A stretch of DNA of 64,000 nucleotides, from the NCBI GenBank assembly GCA_964391885.1, contig CAYMNU010000075.1:338-64337 (forward strand), given 5' to 3'. Origin of the DNA: an uncultured archaeon (GTDB lineage Archaea; Altiarchaeota; Altiarchaeia; JAFGQM01). Shown piece after piece: positions 49,253 to 58,631 of this stretch (position 1 is its first letter; every line of letters begins with the position of its first letter). The notes beneath the pieces are model-generated. The model searched no databases and was not told the DNA's origin. It saw nothing but the letters and a program-made list of their open reading frames with translations. Position numbers and translations under genes: made by a program.

Positions 49253-50341
49253 TTACTTGGTATATCCAATCAGCAAGAAATCCTCGCCCAGCTGTTTCAT
49301 CTCCACCCTCTCCAACCTGAGCGCATCCTTTATAGTGCTTACCCCTCTCCCCTTTATAGAAGCGCCAGCACCGCCTATGACCGTCGGCGCGATGAAGAGC
49401 ATGACTTTGTCGACTATCCCTTCGTCAAAGGCCGAGCCAAGAAGATCCCCGCCACCCTCTATCATTATAGATGTTATTTCTTCCCCCCCTAGCTCCCTTA
49501 TGAGCTTCTTAAGGCTTATCCTCCCATTTTTAGAATGGGACATCCTTACATCAATGCCCCTAGCTTTCATTGCGTTGGCCTTGCCCAGTGGAGCCTGGTC
49601 GGTAGTGATTATTATGGTGTCCGCATCCTCACTTAAAATACGCGCAGTTGAAGGAGTCCTCAGCTTCGGGTCTATTATTATCCGTATGGGGTTATTAGCT
49701 CCCGGCAGCCTCGCAGTCAATTCTGGGTCGTCTGCTATCACCGTCCCAACGCCCACCATGACAGCGTCCACCTGCGAGCGCAGCTCATGCACAGCTCTTC
49801 TTGCTTCTTCGCCGGTAATCCACTTCGAGCTGCCGTCTGCAGCCGACATCTTGCCGTCTGCCGAGAGCGCAGCCTTTGCTATGACGAATGGTTCTCCAGT
49901 GCTTATGTACTTGTCATACATCTCGTTCATCTTTTGCGATTCTGATTCTAAGATCCCTAAATTAGTTTCTATACCCGCTCTGCATAGCATAGCAAGCCCC
50001 TTTCCCGAGACTTTTGGATTTGGGTCCTCGCGCGCAACCACCACCCTTCCGAGACCCTCTTCAACTATCCTGTCCGCGCATGGTGGCGTCCTGCCGCGAT
50101 GCGCACAAGGCTCGAGTGTGACATACATAGTCGCGCCGGATATGTTCTCTCCATGCTCCTTTGCGTCCTCGATAGCGGCTATCTCGGCGTGCATGCAGCC
50201 AGCTTTCTCATGAAAACCCCTTCCAATTATTTTACCGTTCTTCACTATTAAACAGCCTACTGCAGGGTTGGGCGCGGTCCTTCCTAAGCCCCTTCTCGCT
50301 AATTCCAGCGCTTCGCGCATATAGTCTTCGTCAGAAAGCAT
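49253..50341 (-). CDS. ribD: Bifunctional riboflavin biosynthesis deaminase/reductase RibD
   Basis: 362 aa; CMP/dCMP deaminase zinc motif (HAEIAAI ... [11 protein letters not shown]) plus a RibG reductase domain. Confidence 0.9.
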   Translation of the reverse strand: MLSDEDYMREALELARRGLGRTAPNPAVGCLIVKNGKIIGRGFHEKAGCMHAEIAAIEDAKEHGENISGATMYVTLEPCAHRGRTPPCADRIVEEGLGRVVVAREDPNPKVSGKGLAMLCRAGIETNLGILESESQKMNEMYDKYISTGEPFVIAKAALSADGKMSAADGSSKWITGEEARRAVHELRSQVDAVMVGVGTVIADDPELTARLPGANNPIRIIIDPKLRTPSTARILSEDADTIIITTDQAPLGKANAMKARGIDVRMSHSKNGRISLKKLIRELGGEEITSIMIEGGGDLLGSAFDEGIVDKVMLFIAPTVIGGAGASIKGRGVSTIKDALRLERVEMKQLGEDFLLIGYTK

Positions 50342-50357
50342 TGCTTATATTCCGGCG

Positions 50358-51854
50358 TTGAACTCAAAAACACCCTGTTTTTCTTTTTTGTTTCTAGAAA
50401 GAAGCGTGGAGAAACTGCTTCTTGTTACCGGAAGACTCGCCGAGAACGAGGTGCGCGCAGCGGCAAAGAGGATAGGGGCAGACTTTCTTGTACTCCCTGT
50501 CAGCGTAGCCCAGTTTATGAGCACAAGGCTTGCAGCAGGAGAAATTAAGCGCCTTAAAATCAATTATGATAAAATAATACTTCCCGGCCTTGTGCGCTTT
50601 GACGCCTCCGAGCTTGAAAAAGAAATAGGCATCCCCTGCTTCAAAGGCCCGAAACAGCTGTCGGACCTCCCCGGGTTGTTTAACAAAGGCACTCTATTCT
50701 CTGGGAATAACCAACCAGACAAAGACGGCAAGGCAGAGCTTGCTCGCTCTTTATCGGCGGCGGAGAAGAAAAAAGCTGTTTTCAGCATAGGCAAGCTTAA
50801 GATAGGTCCCGCTCATCCCCCGCGCATAATCGCTGAGATAGTCGATGCCCCTCCATTGAGCGACAAGGCTGTTCTGGAGAGGACAGAGTATTACCTAAAG
50901 AGCGGGGCAGACATTATCGATGTCGGCGCCATAGCAGGTGAAGACAATTCCCAAAGGCTTGCTGAGATAGTACACATGCTCAAAAAGAGCGTGGATGCGC
51001 CCATATCCATCGATTCATTAAACCCTGCGGAAATCAATGCATGCATCGATGCCGGGGTGGATCTTGTCCTTAGCCTCTGCGCCAGTAACCTTTCCGCTGT
51101 CAAAAATTCGGACGACACAACCTATGTTTTTATACCCGACGAGGAAAGCGCGTTGGATGGAATTATTGAAAAGGCACAGGCCATGGGATTCAAAAAATTA
51201 ATTGCAGACCCCATATTACATCCTCCATTCAGAATCGCGGAATCGCTCTGTGATTATACTTTATTTAGGAAATCCGGCGACCTGCCCCTGCTCATGGGCG
51301 CAAGCAATGTGGTGGAGCTAATGGACATGGATTCCATAGGCATAAACGGCCTGCTTGCTGCCCTTGCCACTGAGCTCGCTGTCTCCCTAGTCCTCATAAC
51401 AGAAAACAGCGAGAAGACGAGGGGCTCGGTAAGAGAAATGCGCAGGGCTCTTGACATGTGCTTCCTGGCCAAAGAGAAGGGTGCACTGCCCAAGGACTTG
51501 GCAATAAACCTGCTCCTTGCAAAGGCGAAAAACAAGGGAGACCCCTTTGAGCTTCCGGATATTGAGGTCATATCCGCCGAGCCGAAAGGCGATTTCATCC
51601 CAGACCCTGAGGGCCACTTTAGGATATCTGTAGATTTCGATAAGAATATGATAGTAGCGGTGCACTACAAGGGCAAGTGCAGGCATCTCATCCAGGGCGA
51701 AAGCGCGGAATCCGTCTCAAAATCGATAATCGAGAAAGGTATTATCTCGCGCATGGACCATGCTGCATATTTAGGGCGGGAGCTGCAGAAGGCAGAAGAG
51801 TGCTTAAGGCTGAAGAAGGGATATTTTCAAGACGAATGCTTCAAGGGCTTGTGA
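50358..51854 (+). CDS. Dihydropteroate-synthase-like pterin-binding protein (folate/methanopterin biosynthesis family); true start probably downstream of 50358
   Basis: 498 aa; central pterin-binding TIM-barrel motifs (ADIIDVGA ... SIDS). It lies only 17 nt from the divergent ribD start, so its 5' end is uncertain. Confidence 0.55.
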   Translation: MNSKTPCFSFLFLERSVEKLLLVTGRLAENEVRAAAKRIGADFLVLPVSVAQFMSTRLAAGEIKRLKINYDKIILPGLVRFDASELEKEIGIPCFKGPKQLSDLPGLFNKGTLFSGNNQPDKDGKAELARSLSAAEKKKAVFSIGKLKIGPAHPPRIIAEIVDAPPLSDKAVLERTEYYLKSGADIIDVGAIAGEDNSQRLAEIVHMLKKSVDAPISIDSLNPAEINACIDAGVDLVLSLCASNLSAVKNSDDTTYVFIPDEESALDGIIEKAQAMGFKKLIADPILHPPFRIAESLCDYTLFRKSGDLPLLMGASNVVELMDMDSIGINGLLAALATELAVSLVLITENSEKTRGSVREMRRALDMCFLAKEKGALPKDLAINLLLAKAKNKGDPFELPDIEVISAEPKGDFIPDPEGHFRISVDFDKNMIVAVHYKGKCRHLIQGESAESVSKSIIEKGIISRMDHAAYLGRELQKAEECLRLKKGYFQDECFKGL

Positions 51855-52141
51855 ACCAAGGACTTTTCGATTATCATTATCGCCAAGAAAATCGACAGTA
51901 TCAAAATGAGCATCGCACTGGCGTTTGTTTCTTGCACGCTCAGCACGCCCATATTACCAAGTCCTAAGATGAGGATTAAAGCCGTGGCGACTGATATTAT
52001 ATATAAAAGCTCAAGAAGCTTCTTGTGCCCGTGGGGCATCTCAAAATGGAGCGGGTCGGGAATGCTGCTAAACAGTTCCTTAATCGCATGGTTGAAATTC
52101 CCTTCAGATTTTTTCTCCATCATTCTCGCGTAATTTCGCAA
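51827..52141 (-). CDS. Small membrane protein (hypothetical; overlaps the ilvE 3' end)
   Basis: 104 aa; two hydrophobic helices. Confidence 0.25.
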   Translation of the reverse strand: MRNYARMMEKKSEGNFNHAIKELFSSIPDPLHFEMPHGHKKLLELLYIISVATALILILGLGNMGVLSVQETNASAMLILILSIFLAIMIIEKSLVHKPLKHSS

Positions 52142-52979
52142 ACTCTGCCATCAATTTCCTTGTCATATCGCCCGGCTTGCCGCTGCCTAAGGTATTATCA
52201 TCCACTCGTATTATCGGTATTATCTCGGCTGCAGTTCCGGTCATGAAAGCCTCGTCCGCGCTCAGGACATCTTCCAGCTCCAGGTCGGCTTCCTCTGACT
52301 TGATGTCCAGTTCTTTGGCCATGTCCAAAACCGCGCCGCGCGTTATTCCCACAAGCGCGCCGTAGCCGACCTTCGGTGTCAAAAGCTTGCCGTTTTTTAC
52401 TATGAATATGTTGTCGCCAGACCCCTCGCAGACTTTCCCCCTCGAGTCCATCATCAGGGCCTCATCGTATCCTGCATCTATCGCTTCGACGTTGGCCAGG
52501 ATGTTATTGACATAGTTGAGTGTCTTGGCCCTAGTGTCCAGCGCCTCGGGAGCTATCCTGACTGTTTTGACAGTCTTGACTTTTATTCCCTTCTCATACA
52601 AGTCGCCGTAGAGTGGCGCGAAGTTCTGGGATATGCATATTACCGTTGGCATCGGACACTTCCTTGGGTTCAATCCGAGGTCCCCGTAGCCTCGTGTAAC
52701 TATTAGTCTAGTGTATGCGTCTGTAAGACTATTCTTCCTCAGGCTTTCGACGACTATCTCCGACATCTCTTCAGGGGATGCGGGTATATTCAGGCCAATG
52801 ATCCTGGCGCTTTCGTAAAGGCGGTCTATATGCTCTTTAAGCCTGAACACATTGCCGCTGTAACAGCGTATCCCCTCAAAGACCCCGTCCCCATAGAGTA
52901 AACCATGGTCGTAAACTGAAATCTTCGCATCACCCTTTGGATACCATTTGCCGTCTATGTAAATGAGTGGTTCTGCCAT
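52104..52979 (-). CDS. ilvE: Branched-chain amino acid aminotransferase (fold-type IV PLP enzyme)
   Basis: 291 aa; class IV aminotransferase motifs (VFEGIRCY ... catalytic Lys region). Confidence 0.85.
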   Translation of the reverse strand: MAEPLIYIDGKWYPKGDAKISVYDHGLLYGDGVFEGIRCYSGNVFRLKEHIDRLYESARIIGLNIPASPEEMSEIVVESLRKNSLTDAYTRLIVTRGYGDLGLNPRKCPMPTVICISQNFAPLYGDLYEKGIKVKTVKTVRIAPEALDTRAKTLNYVNNILANVEAIDAGYDEALMMDSRGKVCEGSGDNIFIVKNGKLLTPKVGYGALVGITRGAVLDMAKELDIKSEEADLELEDVLSADEAFMTGTAAEIIPIIRVDDNTLGSGKPGDMTRKLMAEFAKLRENDGEKI

Positions 52980-53027
52980 TGCGGTATATTTCGGATTCGG
53001 GTTAGAAAAATAAAAGAGAGTATTGGC

Positions 53028-55985
53028 CTATCCCTTAATACACACCATCGGCTTCAGGAGCGCGACCTTCTTGGCGATGCCCGAATAATGCATGACATCC
53101 ACGACCTCGTTTACGTCCTTGTAGGCCCCGGGAGCCTCTTCTGCCACGCCTGCGATGCTGTGGCCTTTCACTACTATGCCCTTCTTAGCAAGCTCATCCA
53201 CAAGCTGCCCGCCCTGCCACTTACCCTTGGCCTGCTGGCGCGACATGTTCCTCCCCGCCCCGTGGCAGGAGCTCCCAAAGGTCTCATCCATTCCTTCTTG
53301 GGTGCCGTGAAGTATGTAAGAGCAGGTCCCCATGGTTCCACCGATGAGCACCGGCTGGCCCACTTCCCTATACGCTTTCGGGACCTCTTCCCTCCCAGGC
53401 CCGAAGGCGCGCGTGGCCCCTTTTCGCATGACGAGCAGCTGTTTTTCCCTGCCGTCATCCATGTGCTTTTCCAGTTTCGCAGTATTGTGGCCTACGTCAT
53501 AAAGCATCTTCAGGCTTTCTTCGGGGACGCCCATAGCCTTGTTGAACGCTCTTCGCGTGAGATGGGCAATCGCCTGGCGGTTCGCGAAAGCCGCATTGAT
53601 TCCGCAGTTGACTGCTGAAAAGTATTTTTTGCCTTCCTCGCTTCCTATAGGCGCGCAGACCAGCTCCTTTTCCCTTATCGGTATTTTGTACTTTTTGCTT
53701 GCCGCATCGAGTGTCTTCAGGTAGTCGGTCCCTATCTGGTGCCCTAGTGCGCGGGAGCCGCAATGTATTGAGACGAGAACCTGGCCTTCACTTAGGCCGT
53801 AAGCACTTGCAGCCGCACCGTCAAAGATTTTTTCGACATATTGCACTTCTAAATAATGGTTCCCGCTGCCCAGGGTCCCCACCTGCTTGAACTGCCTCTG
53901 CTTGGCTTGGCGGGAAACGTTTTCCGGAACTGCGCCGTTTACTTTTCCTCTTTCTTCTGTGAACTCCAGGTCTTCTTTGTAACCGTAGCCGTGCTCTATA
54001 GTATACTCTGCACCATTCACAAGGACTTCGTCTATTTCATCCACCGAAAGCCTGATGTCGCCCGTGGAGCCGAGACCCGCCGGGACTGTGTCGAATAGCG
54101 CGTCTGCGAGCTCTTTTTTCTTCTTTTCGATTTCTTCGCGCATGAGGCCTGTCTTGAGAGTCCTGACGCCGCAGTTTATATCATAGCCTACTCCCGCCAC
54201 GCTTATGACGCCCTCGTTTAAATCGAATGCCCCTACACCACCTATGCAGTTGGAAACAACGAAATTATTTGCTATAAAATTATGGTCTTTATGAAGTACT
54301 GTGAAATCATAAACATCACCATCATATGGGACCTCTTTTAATTCCGTTATTTCATCCCAGACTACTCCGCCCCTCCCCAAACCTTTTGTACACCTTTTCA
54401 TATGCTCTGAGAAACGCGGGAATGAAGGCGATACGTTTGGCATTACTGCCTTCTTTTTCTTGAGTTTGAAACATACGCTTGAAATGAATCGTTCAGTCAT
54501 TACGTCATTTGAGAGCCTTTCCCCTATTTTTCTATAACTCAATCCGCGTTTGAGCAATGCGGGTATTAAGACTTTAACAGCATAACTCTTTTCTTCCAGA
54601 ATTCTTTGCTTGTATTTCAGATACTGTATGGAAACATTAGCTTCAAAACTCCTTTTGCTATTGTACTCAAATCCGATTTTGGACCACAAATTAATCAGGC
54701 TTTCAATCTTTGATGAAAAAACCAGCTCCAGATGCCACGAAATCTCACCCTTTGTATTAACATGCTTTCTTCTTTTGGTTATATCGCTTCTTGTCTCAAC
54801 CCCAAATTCCTTAAGCATTTTTGATAGGTCTTTTAGGAACTTCTTGCCGTTTTGAATCAAATCCCCGGATTTGTTCATCGGAAAAACAGGACAATTGAAC
54901 ATAGTCTCTTTCCCCTTCCTCGGGTGAGGCCTTCTCAGCTCAGCTCCAAAAAGACTTGCAAGGAAAAGCCTTTTTTGCCACAGCGGCGCCTTCATGATCC
55001 ATCCAGGGACATCATAGACCTGGAAAACTTTCCTCCCCATAGGCTGCCCCAATGTTTTCAGAAGAACCATCAAGCTCGTGGCATTGACAACGAACTCTGA
55101 ACTGTCGCTCTTTCTTTTGTGTAATGGGGACGGAACGTACCCAATCGCTTTTATATCCTGCCTTATTTTTTCCAAATCCTCGCCTTTTCCAGAAAACTGG
55201 ATAACACCATCCCCCCTCTTCCCGATAAAATTCATTGTCCCATCTCCGAACACAAACCCCATGATTTTTATTATGTATGGAAGTTTTGGATGGTCGTATG
55301 ATAATTTCAGAAGCCCCCTTTTCTTCAATGCATGAAGATTCTGGTCAAATCCTACCTCGCCGGGAACTCTCCCCAATTTCAGTAGTGTTTTTTTGATATC
55401 CTTTTCAGAAACTATGACTGTTTTAAGCGGTTTCTCATAAGGCACACCCTCAAAGGGAAGGACGGCCACTTCCTTCCCAATACAGAGTTTTTCCATATCG
55501 ACCATCCCGTTTTTTGTAAAAAACGGGTGGTCCGCAGTTGCCATTATCCCCTTCCCGCTCTTAGTCATAAGCCTGAATACCTTGTTCCCGGCTTTAATCT
55601 TGAGAAATTTGCTGATTTTCGTTTCGGTTACTTCGATTGCCGTCTTGTCCAAAGTCTTTAGCTTCTCCCCTTTCCATACATTTTTATAATCTTTTATCGG
55701 GAGGAAATATCCAAAACCGGAAAGTACCTCTGTATCGGGATGACAGCAAAACCCATATCCCGGGTGGACGTCGCTCATAGCCAGCGAGGCTTTTTGTATG
55801 CCAGGCAAACAAGCGACATTTTCTATTTGTTTTAGCGCGTTCCACTCCTTGCCTGCAGCTACATCGTCCGTCAGGTGTTTGATGATTTTCTCGTCGCCGT
55901 AGATTCGCCCCGGGACCAGCATATCGCCTTTTTTGGGAATCTCCCAGCGGTATTTGTCCAGTTTCCTAATCTTGATACCCATCAC
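53028..55985 (-). CDS. rtcB: RNA-splicing ligase RtcB, interrupted by a 500-aa intein
   Basis: 985 aa. The exteins (79 + 406 aa) rejoin as HPGYGF|CIGGVGAFD. C-extein motifs NCGVR, SGNHYLE, HGAGR. Confidence 0.9.
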   Translation of the reverse strand: MMGIKIRKLDKYRWEIPKKGDMLVPGRIYGDEKIIKHLTDDVAAGKEWNALKQIENVACLPGIQKASLAMSDVHPGYGFCCHPDTEVLSGFGYFLPIKDYKNVWKGEKLKTLDKTAIEVTETKISKFLKIKAGNKVFRLMTKSGKGIMATADHPFFTKNGMVDMEKLCIGKEVAVLPFEGVPYEKPLKTVIVSEKDIKKTLLKLGRVPGEVGFDQNLHALKKRGLLKLSYDHPKLPYIIKIMGFVFGDGTMNFIGKRGDGVIQFSGKGEDLEKIRQDIKAIGYVPSPLHKRKSDSSEFVVNATSLMVLLKTLGQPMGRKVFQVYDVPGWIMKAPLWQKRLFLASLFGAELRRPHPRKGKETMFNCPVFPMNKSGDLIQNGKKFLKDLSKMLKEFGVETRSDITKRRKHVNTKGEISWHLELVFSSKIESLINLWSKIGFEYNSKRSFEANVSIQYLKYKQRILEEKSYAVKVLIPALLKRGLSYRKIGERLSNDVMTERFISSVCFKLKKKKAVMPNVSPSFPRFSEHMKRCTKGLGRGGVVWDEITELKEVPYDGDVYDFTVLHKDHNFIANNFVVSNCIGGVGAFDLNEGVISVAGVGYDINCGVRTLKTGLMREEIEKKKKELADALFDTVPAGLGSTGDIRLSVDEIDEVLVNGAEYTIEHGYGYKEDLEFTEERGKVNGAVPENVSRQAKQRQFKQVGTLGSGNHYLEVQYVEKIFDGAAASAYGLSEGQVLVSIHCGSRALGHQIGTDYLKTLDAASKKYKIPIREKELVCAPIGSEEGKKYFSAVNCGINAAFANRQAIAHLTRRAFNKAMGVPEESLKMLYDVGHNTAKLEKHMDDGREKQLLVMRKGATRAFGPGREEVPKAYREVGQPVLIGGTMGTCSYILHGTQEGMDETFGSSCHGAGRNMSRQQAKGKWQGGQLVDELAKKGIVVKGHSIAGVAEEAPGAYKDVNEVVDVMHYSGIAKKVALLKPMVCIKG
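54249..55748 (-). mobile_element. Intein with a LAGLIDADG homing-endonuclease domain inside rtcB
   Basis: Begins CCHPDTEVL after GYGF and ends ...FVVSN before the +1 Cys. Two LAGLIDADG-like blocks (IMGFVFGDG, ASLFGAE). Confidence 0.8.
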
Positions 55986-56623
55986 TTCACCTTCGTGTAA
56001 ACCAAAAGCCTAAGCCCCTCATGCCAGGGGGTGCTCTCCAATGGCTCATGCTCTTTAAGCACTTTCAAAAGCTTTCTATCCGGTAACCTGTGCTCAGTCT
56101 TTACAAGCCTAAACTCCCCCCCACCAAGGTTCTCTGGAACCTGACCTATTTTTGGATGGGGTGCCAAGACTACGAATTTGCCTCCCCTTGAAAGGAGTTT
56201 AGCGGCTGCATTTGTGCTCATATTCACATCCTTTATTGTCGGCATCAAGCTGTAGTAATGGGTGAACCTCCCATGTAGCATTTCCGGTCTCAATGCATCC
56301 GGCACGCCTCCCCCATAATCCATATGCGCGCCATCTACCCCATGCTTCCGTGCTTCATTTATGACTTCTTGATTGCTGTCGACTCCTAAATAGCTCCCAA
56401 AAGGCTTCCTTCCCTGGCGCTCCCTGGCCCGTCTGTAAAGCATACCCGCCCCACAGCCTTCATCGAACACATGAGAATTCGAATCAGCTCCGGAAGCCTC
56501 CAATACCCAGTCATATATTTGTGCCATATGCCTCGACGGGGCGACCTCTCTTGCAAAGTGGACAGGACCTTTGGGTCTCTTTCTTACAGTACTTTTAATC
56601 CTCCGCAGGAATCTCCCGACCAT
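55982..56623 (-). CDS. Class I SAM-dependent methyltransferase (substrate unknown; sits between archease and rtcB)
   Basis: Motif I DEGCGAGM and motif II-like VDSN. Start set at the ATG adjacent to the archease stop. Confidence 0.55.
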   Translation of the reverse strand: MVGRFLRRIKSTVRKRPKGPVHFAREVAPSRHMAQIYDWVLEASGADSNSHVFDEGCGAGMLYRRARERQGRKPFGSYLGVDSNQEVINEARKHGVDGAHMDYGGGVPDALRPEMLHGRFTHYYSLMPTIKDVNMSTNAAAKLLSRGGKFVVLAPHPKIGQVPENLGGGEFRLVKTEHRLPDRKLLKVLKEHEPLESTPWHEGLRLLVYTKVK

Positions 56624-56625
56624 TT

Positions 56626-57042
56626 TTATATGTCCAGCACGCACTGAATGTGATGCTCTCCAAACACTTGCTTGTACTTCAAGCCCGAGTAAGTGGCAGC
56701 CTTGACCTCGGTCTTGAAGTTCTGCTCGGGCTTCATTTCATCACCATAAGCCTCACCCTTTAATGTGAAAGTCTCACCCTCACTGATATTGACTTTGAAC
56801 TTGGAAAAGACCATGCCCTTAATGTCCTTCTGTGCGAGCAGAGAATTCAGCCACTCGATGAAAAGAGTATCTAAAGCATCGGCCCCGACATTGACTTCAA
56901 CCTTCTTCCTCGGCTCGACCTTCTCGACATCCACCATAACCCCGAATATGGCTTTCGCTCCCTCTTCAAAGGCCTGCTCGCGAGTATTGCCCATGGCTAA
57001 TATACCTATATCGGCTTCGTGATCGAGATATTGATATGACAT
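56626..57042 (-). CDS. Archease (RtcB activator)
   Basis: 138 aa; YQYLDHEADIGI N-terminal signature; conserved partner of RtcB. Confidence 0.85.
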   Translation of the reverse strand: MSYQYLDHEADIGILAMGNTREQAFEEGAKAIFGVMVDVEKVEPRKKVEVNVGADALDTLFIEWLNSLLAQKDIKGMVFSKFKVNISEGETFTLKGEAYGDEMKPEQNFKTEVKAATYSGLKYKQVFGEHHIQCVLDI

Positions 57043-57080
57043 GAGAGAATTAGAACATTTGAAGTTAAAATCTCAAAAGC

Positions 57081-58538
57081 CTAAACATATCCTGTCGCCT
57101 TCCTCTCTTCAGAAAGCAGATGGCTGCTTGAATGGTCTTTCGACTTACCTTTCCAGACGCTTCCGTAGCGGTCGACAAGCTGCTGCTCAACGCTTCTGCT
57201 GTTTTTCACAGCTTCCCTGACGTGCTTTGCTTCTATGAGCGCTGCGCCCTCTACATGGCAAAGGTCTCCGGCAAGCCTGATGACCCCTCCCAAGTCCCTT
57301 AGCCTTAGCGTAAGCGAATCCTTGGCACCATCGATTTCCAAGGCCCTCTTCTCGGCCTCTTTTATTATCTCCTCGACCGCAGCCTTAGTCCCATGCGCTA
57401 TCTTCTGGTCTATGAGGACCTCCTGCGAGAAAAACTGGGCGATACGCTCTACATTGTTTCTGTTCTTTGGCATATGTGTCTCTAAGAGCAGCTCGTAGCC
57501 GGAACCGACAATCCTAGACCTCAGCGGCGGCAGTATGCCTTCTATCTCATTAATGTTGCAGGCGCCTACGAATATGAAGTCGCAGGGGACTCGATTGACC
57601 TTAACGGCGGCGCCAGAAGAACTTGCGTTCATGCCGCTGATTGGAAAATGCTTCTCCTGCATGGCTGTCAGTATGTGATGCTGCAGCCGCTCTAACTGTG
57701 GTAGCTCATCTACGAATAACACGCCTTCATGCGCTTCGTGGATGGCCCCCGGTACTACTCTTTGGTATGGCTGGAGCCCTCCGGCTTCCTGCATGCCTCC
57801 CCAGGGGTCGTGCTTCACATCACCCAAAAGCTCAGTCTCTGAAGCCCCGGTTGCCTGGACAAAAGTATTTCTCTTCAGAGGCACGAGAACGCGGGTTCTC
57901 TTAAGCTTCTCCAGCTCATTGAGGTGCTTGAAGGCATCATTGTCTATTATCTTGACCTTTCCGTCTATGTTTTGGTAGACGAGGATTTCCTCCTTGCCTT
58001 TTTTATCGGTTCTGCTTACCTGTACTTCCTCTTCAGGATACTCGTACATCTCTACGTTGAACACCTGCGAAAGAAGATCGGAGAATGGTGAGCTTCTGAC
58101 TTTGCTGTCGTACTTCCAGTCCCCGCAATGCGGGCAGGAATCTTCTTCGCTGCTACTAGTCTTTTTACACTTCGAGCACCTGAAGCCCAGCCTCTCAGCT
58201 ATGTCAGGCGGTATCTCATCAGGCTCAACAATCTTCCCTTCTGCCTTCTTTTCCAGGCTTTTGTGCCTCTTCAGCTCCTCGGCACCCCTGGTAAGGACGA
58301 AAGGCCTTTCTGGCGTCTGGGGATTATGCGCGATGACGATTTCCTGGTTTGGCTTGGGTATGTGATATGCAAGAGACTTCGCGAGCATGCTTTTTCCAAC
58401 GCCAGGGGGCCCGACCAGCAGCATGTGCCGCTTCTGGCGGGCTGCTATCTTGGCTATGCTTATCGCCTTTTCCTGGCCTATTATCATGTCCAGAGGGTCC
58501 CGCGGAAGGGGAATCTGGGAAGTGTCGTCGAAGTCCAT
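57081..58538 (-). CDS. LonB-like AAA+ ATPase lacking a recognisable C-terminal protease domain, with a zinc-ribbon insert
   Basis: 485 aa from MDFDD. Walker A GPPGVGKS; LonB sensor region HEGVLFVDEL ... LTAMQEKHFPISG ... PLRSRI; insert CSKC ... CPHCG. The upstream R/L-rich extension is the antisense of the neighbouring PQ-rich gene. Confidence 0.55.
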   Translation of the reverse strand: MDFDDTSQIPLPRDPLDMIIGQEKAISIAKIAARQKRHMLLVGPPGVGKSMLAKSLAYHIPKPNQEIVIAHNPQTPERPFVLTRGAEELKRHKSLEKKAEGKIVEPDEIPPDIAERLGFRCSKCKKTSSSEEDSCPHCGDWKYDSKVRSSPFSDLLSQVFNVEMYEYPEEEVQVSRTDKKGKEEILVYQNIDGKVKIIDNDAFKHLNELEKLKRTRVLVPLKRNTFVQATGASETELLGDVKHDPWGGMQEAGGLQPYQRVVPGAIHEAHEGVLFVDELPQLERLQHHILTAMQEKHFPISGMNASSSGAAVKVNRVPCDFIFVGACNINEIEGILPPLRSRIVGSGYELLLETHMPKNRNNVERIAQFFSQEVLIDQKIAHGTKAAVEEIIKEAEKRALEIDGAKDSLTLRLRDLGGVIRLAGDLCHVEGAALIEAKHVREAVKNSRSVEQQLVDRYGSVWKGKSKDHSSSHLLSEERKATGYV

Positions 58539-58631
58539 CCCTAAATACTTAGAAGGAAGATTACTATAAAGGCAAACTAAAACGGCACTAGGACGCATTT
58601 TTATAAGACTATCCCTTAAAATAATTATAAG

